A DNA stretch of 64,000 nt from Macrostomum lignano (taxonomy: Eukaryota): the NCBI GenBank assembly GCA_002269645.1, contig NIVC01000211.1, forward strand, positions 124,001 to 188,000. Reading direction: 5' to 3'. Shown here in pieces: positions 62,044 to 64,000 of the stretch. Made by a program: the position numbers and the translations under genes. The notes under the pieces were generated by a model. It had not been told where the DNA came from. It made no database searches and saw only the letters and a program-made list of their open reading frames with translations. Each line of letters starts with the position of its first letter. Positions within the stretch are counted from its first letter, which is position 1.

Positions 62044-62424
62044 TTCTAAGTGTTGATTGCACAAGTAAATACGTTGCACAAATATAGTAAAGAGTTAAAC
62101 AGTGTCAGTACACATATGACAGTATCAATAAAACTGAACTGTTTCGCGGAAAAGACTGTCTTTAGATAATCCACGCTGTAAGCAATACAACAAAGTAAAA
62201 ATTTAGTACTTTAAATTTTTTTCTAATGTCCATAGTAATGCGCACTTATTATGAATTAAAAAACAATTTTAGTCAGTTCGATTATTTTCTTTTGGTACTT
62301 TTCATCTTCTGTTTTTGATTACAATTCTTTTTAGTTCACCGCAATCATCTTATTTTACTAAGACATAAATTCGATTAGTGCGTGCAGGCCATACAAGAAT
62401 AGTTTTATTCATGTTTATTTGATA

Positions 62425-63816
62425 ATGACGGAAGTAATATCAGAAAAGTATGTTTTATCCGACTCCATGGCCAAAACTAGGCCTGGAACCGAAGTTTTTT
62501 ATCGTACAGATGCCAACGCCGGGCTGAATGATATTCGTAGATTTCAACAAGAGAGATTTCGTCGCATTCATAGATTTCCTCCTAATCGAGGCTCAGCGGA
62601 TGCAAAAAGCTTCGGAAAAGAATCGTCGCCGGAGTTTAAAAAGTTTGAAGACAGCGGGCTGCAGCGCTGCGCAGCACCGTATCGCGATTACGAAAGCATC
62701 GTTGATCCCATCTCCGGTAGCATCGGCGCTGGAGCTGCTTTTGTACGAGGACTGCCTGGCCGTCCTATTGGAGTTTACGCGCACAATGACGGGCCTCAGT
62801 ACAACCGACCGCAGGTAATTAATAAGGACAGGGGCGGGCGTACACCCCCAGTACATGTAAAAGATATATGGCGGGGCGACATATGCCAATTTAATGCTTT
62901 GTCTCCCCCACCCCACCTTGTGACCCGTTATGGAAATCAATAATTTTGCTGCAGGGTGCCAAAATGAGTGCCTGTGGCGCTAAAATGAGTACCTGCGGCT
63001 GCGGCGCCAAAATGAGTGCCTGCGGCGCTAGAATGAGTGCCTCCGGTGCTAAAATGAGTGCCCACAGCGATAAAATGAGTTCGTGCGGCGCCAAATGACT
63101 GCCTGCGGAGCCAAAATAAATGCTGACAACACTGATTAGCCATGTATACATGCATATGTATAATTGCTGGCTTGGTCCCCCAACCATAAAATCCATGGCG
63201 ACGCCCTTAATAAGGAATAAAGAATAAATAGATGTCAACTTAGCCCGAAAGTAGAAATCGCTAATTTACTGTGGAGATGGTCAAACTAATTTATAACAGT
63301 ATTGGACCGTACTGACTCAGAATTTGAGCAGTTTATAGTTCCGCTAAATAATTAGTTTAGGTAAGTAAGATCTAGGTTTTTTCCCGTTAAAATCCTGCAT
63401 TAATTGGTATTCAGACTAGCGTTAGGTGAACGAGATTCGACACTCGTAGCCGATCGAATCATATGAAGGCCCTCCGCGCCTCCGTATTTCTATCTTCAAC
63501 GCGCGTTTTCCTAACAATCTGACCCAAATCTAAATCCTATCCCCCAGACGATCCACTCCATTCGCAAAGGCATGCCAGGTGCCTACCCGGAAATCGATCG
63601 GGCCAGCGAGACCGAACCGCCCGGCCTACCGGCCCACGAGAAACTGGTCGGTCCCGGCTACACCCGCGCCGTGCAGGGCGGCTGGACAAGCGGCACGGAT
63701 CAAACTCCGGAATCGGCCAAGTTGACTCTGCTCTGCCATCTGCCCAAGGCGCGGCCGGACATGTCCGAGAGGGACCGGCTGGCCTATAAGTACATCTACA
63801 CGTCCACTACTCAGTC
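62425..63816 (+). CDS. Uncharacterised protein; first two exons, continues beyond the window
   Basis: Exon 62425-62814 (CAG|GTAATT) joins in phase 0 to exon 63548-63816 (CCCCCAG| ... TC|GTGAGT); CpG-rich coding-like composition; no family recognised with confidence. Confidence 0.7.
62952..63120. repeat. 21-bp GGCGCC-core repeat
   Basis: AAAATGAGTGCCTGCGGCGC(C/T) units. Confidence 0.75.
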
Positions 63817-63839
63817 GTGAGTGAATTTTAAATCTCTAA

Positions 63840-63954
63840 AGGGTCGTACTATAGGGCTGTCGTAGCGTAAGTTCGATCGTACGTCGGAACTTTTACTGCG
63901 GAGAGAGGAGCTAAGACCGATCTTATTTTACGATGGCTTTATAGAACCGGCCCT
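63840..63954. mobile_element. Short Harbinger-like MITE; a second copy starts at about 63978
   Basis: Right TIR CGATGGCTTTATAGAACCGGCCC followed by TAA; degenerate left TIR after TAA at about 63840; GGGCCCGTTCTATAAAGCCATCG at 63978-64000 is the same TIR inverted. Confidence 0.5.
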
Positions 63955-64000
63955 AAGTCTTTTTTCTACTGAACCTTGGGCCCGTTCTATAAAGCCATCG

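Overview
Eukaryotic (intron-containing), minisatellite-rich animal genomic DNA. The CpG-rich, polyQ/polyA-rich exons and a different minisatellite in most introns suggest a free-living flatworm such as Macrostomum; this is inference, not a database result. Bases 1-14 kb are a transposon graveyard: a CACTA/EnSpm-type element, a 5'-truncated Penelope retroelement with a hammerhead-like motif, a decayed LINE RT, a mariner transposase pseudogene and MITEs. Host genes follow: triokinase/DAK (TKFC, +), kanadaptin (SLC4A1AP, +), a small RING/TRAF-finger gene (-), a SoxD HMG gene (-), zeta-COP (COPZ1, -) and an unknown gene (+) that runs off the window. Three observations stand out. (1) The DAK frame has no in-frame ATG and begins exactly at a TTTCAG acceptor, as expected if the flatworm spliced-leader 3'-AUG supplies the start codon. 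(2) Kanadaptin intron 3 carries a 1.38-kb tandem duplication with a templated, antisense copy of part of the SoxD HMG exon at its junction, which creates a decoy splice acceptor. (3) Old transposons show extreme CpG loss plus TGG>TAG changes reminiscent of RIP. All exon models and counts were made by eye.
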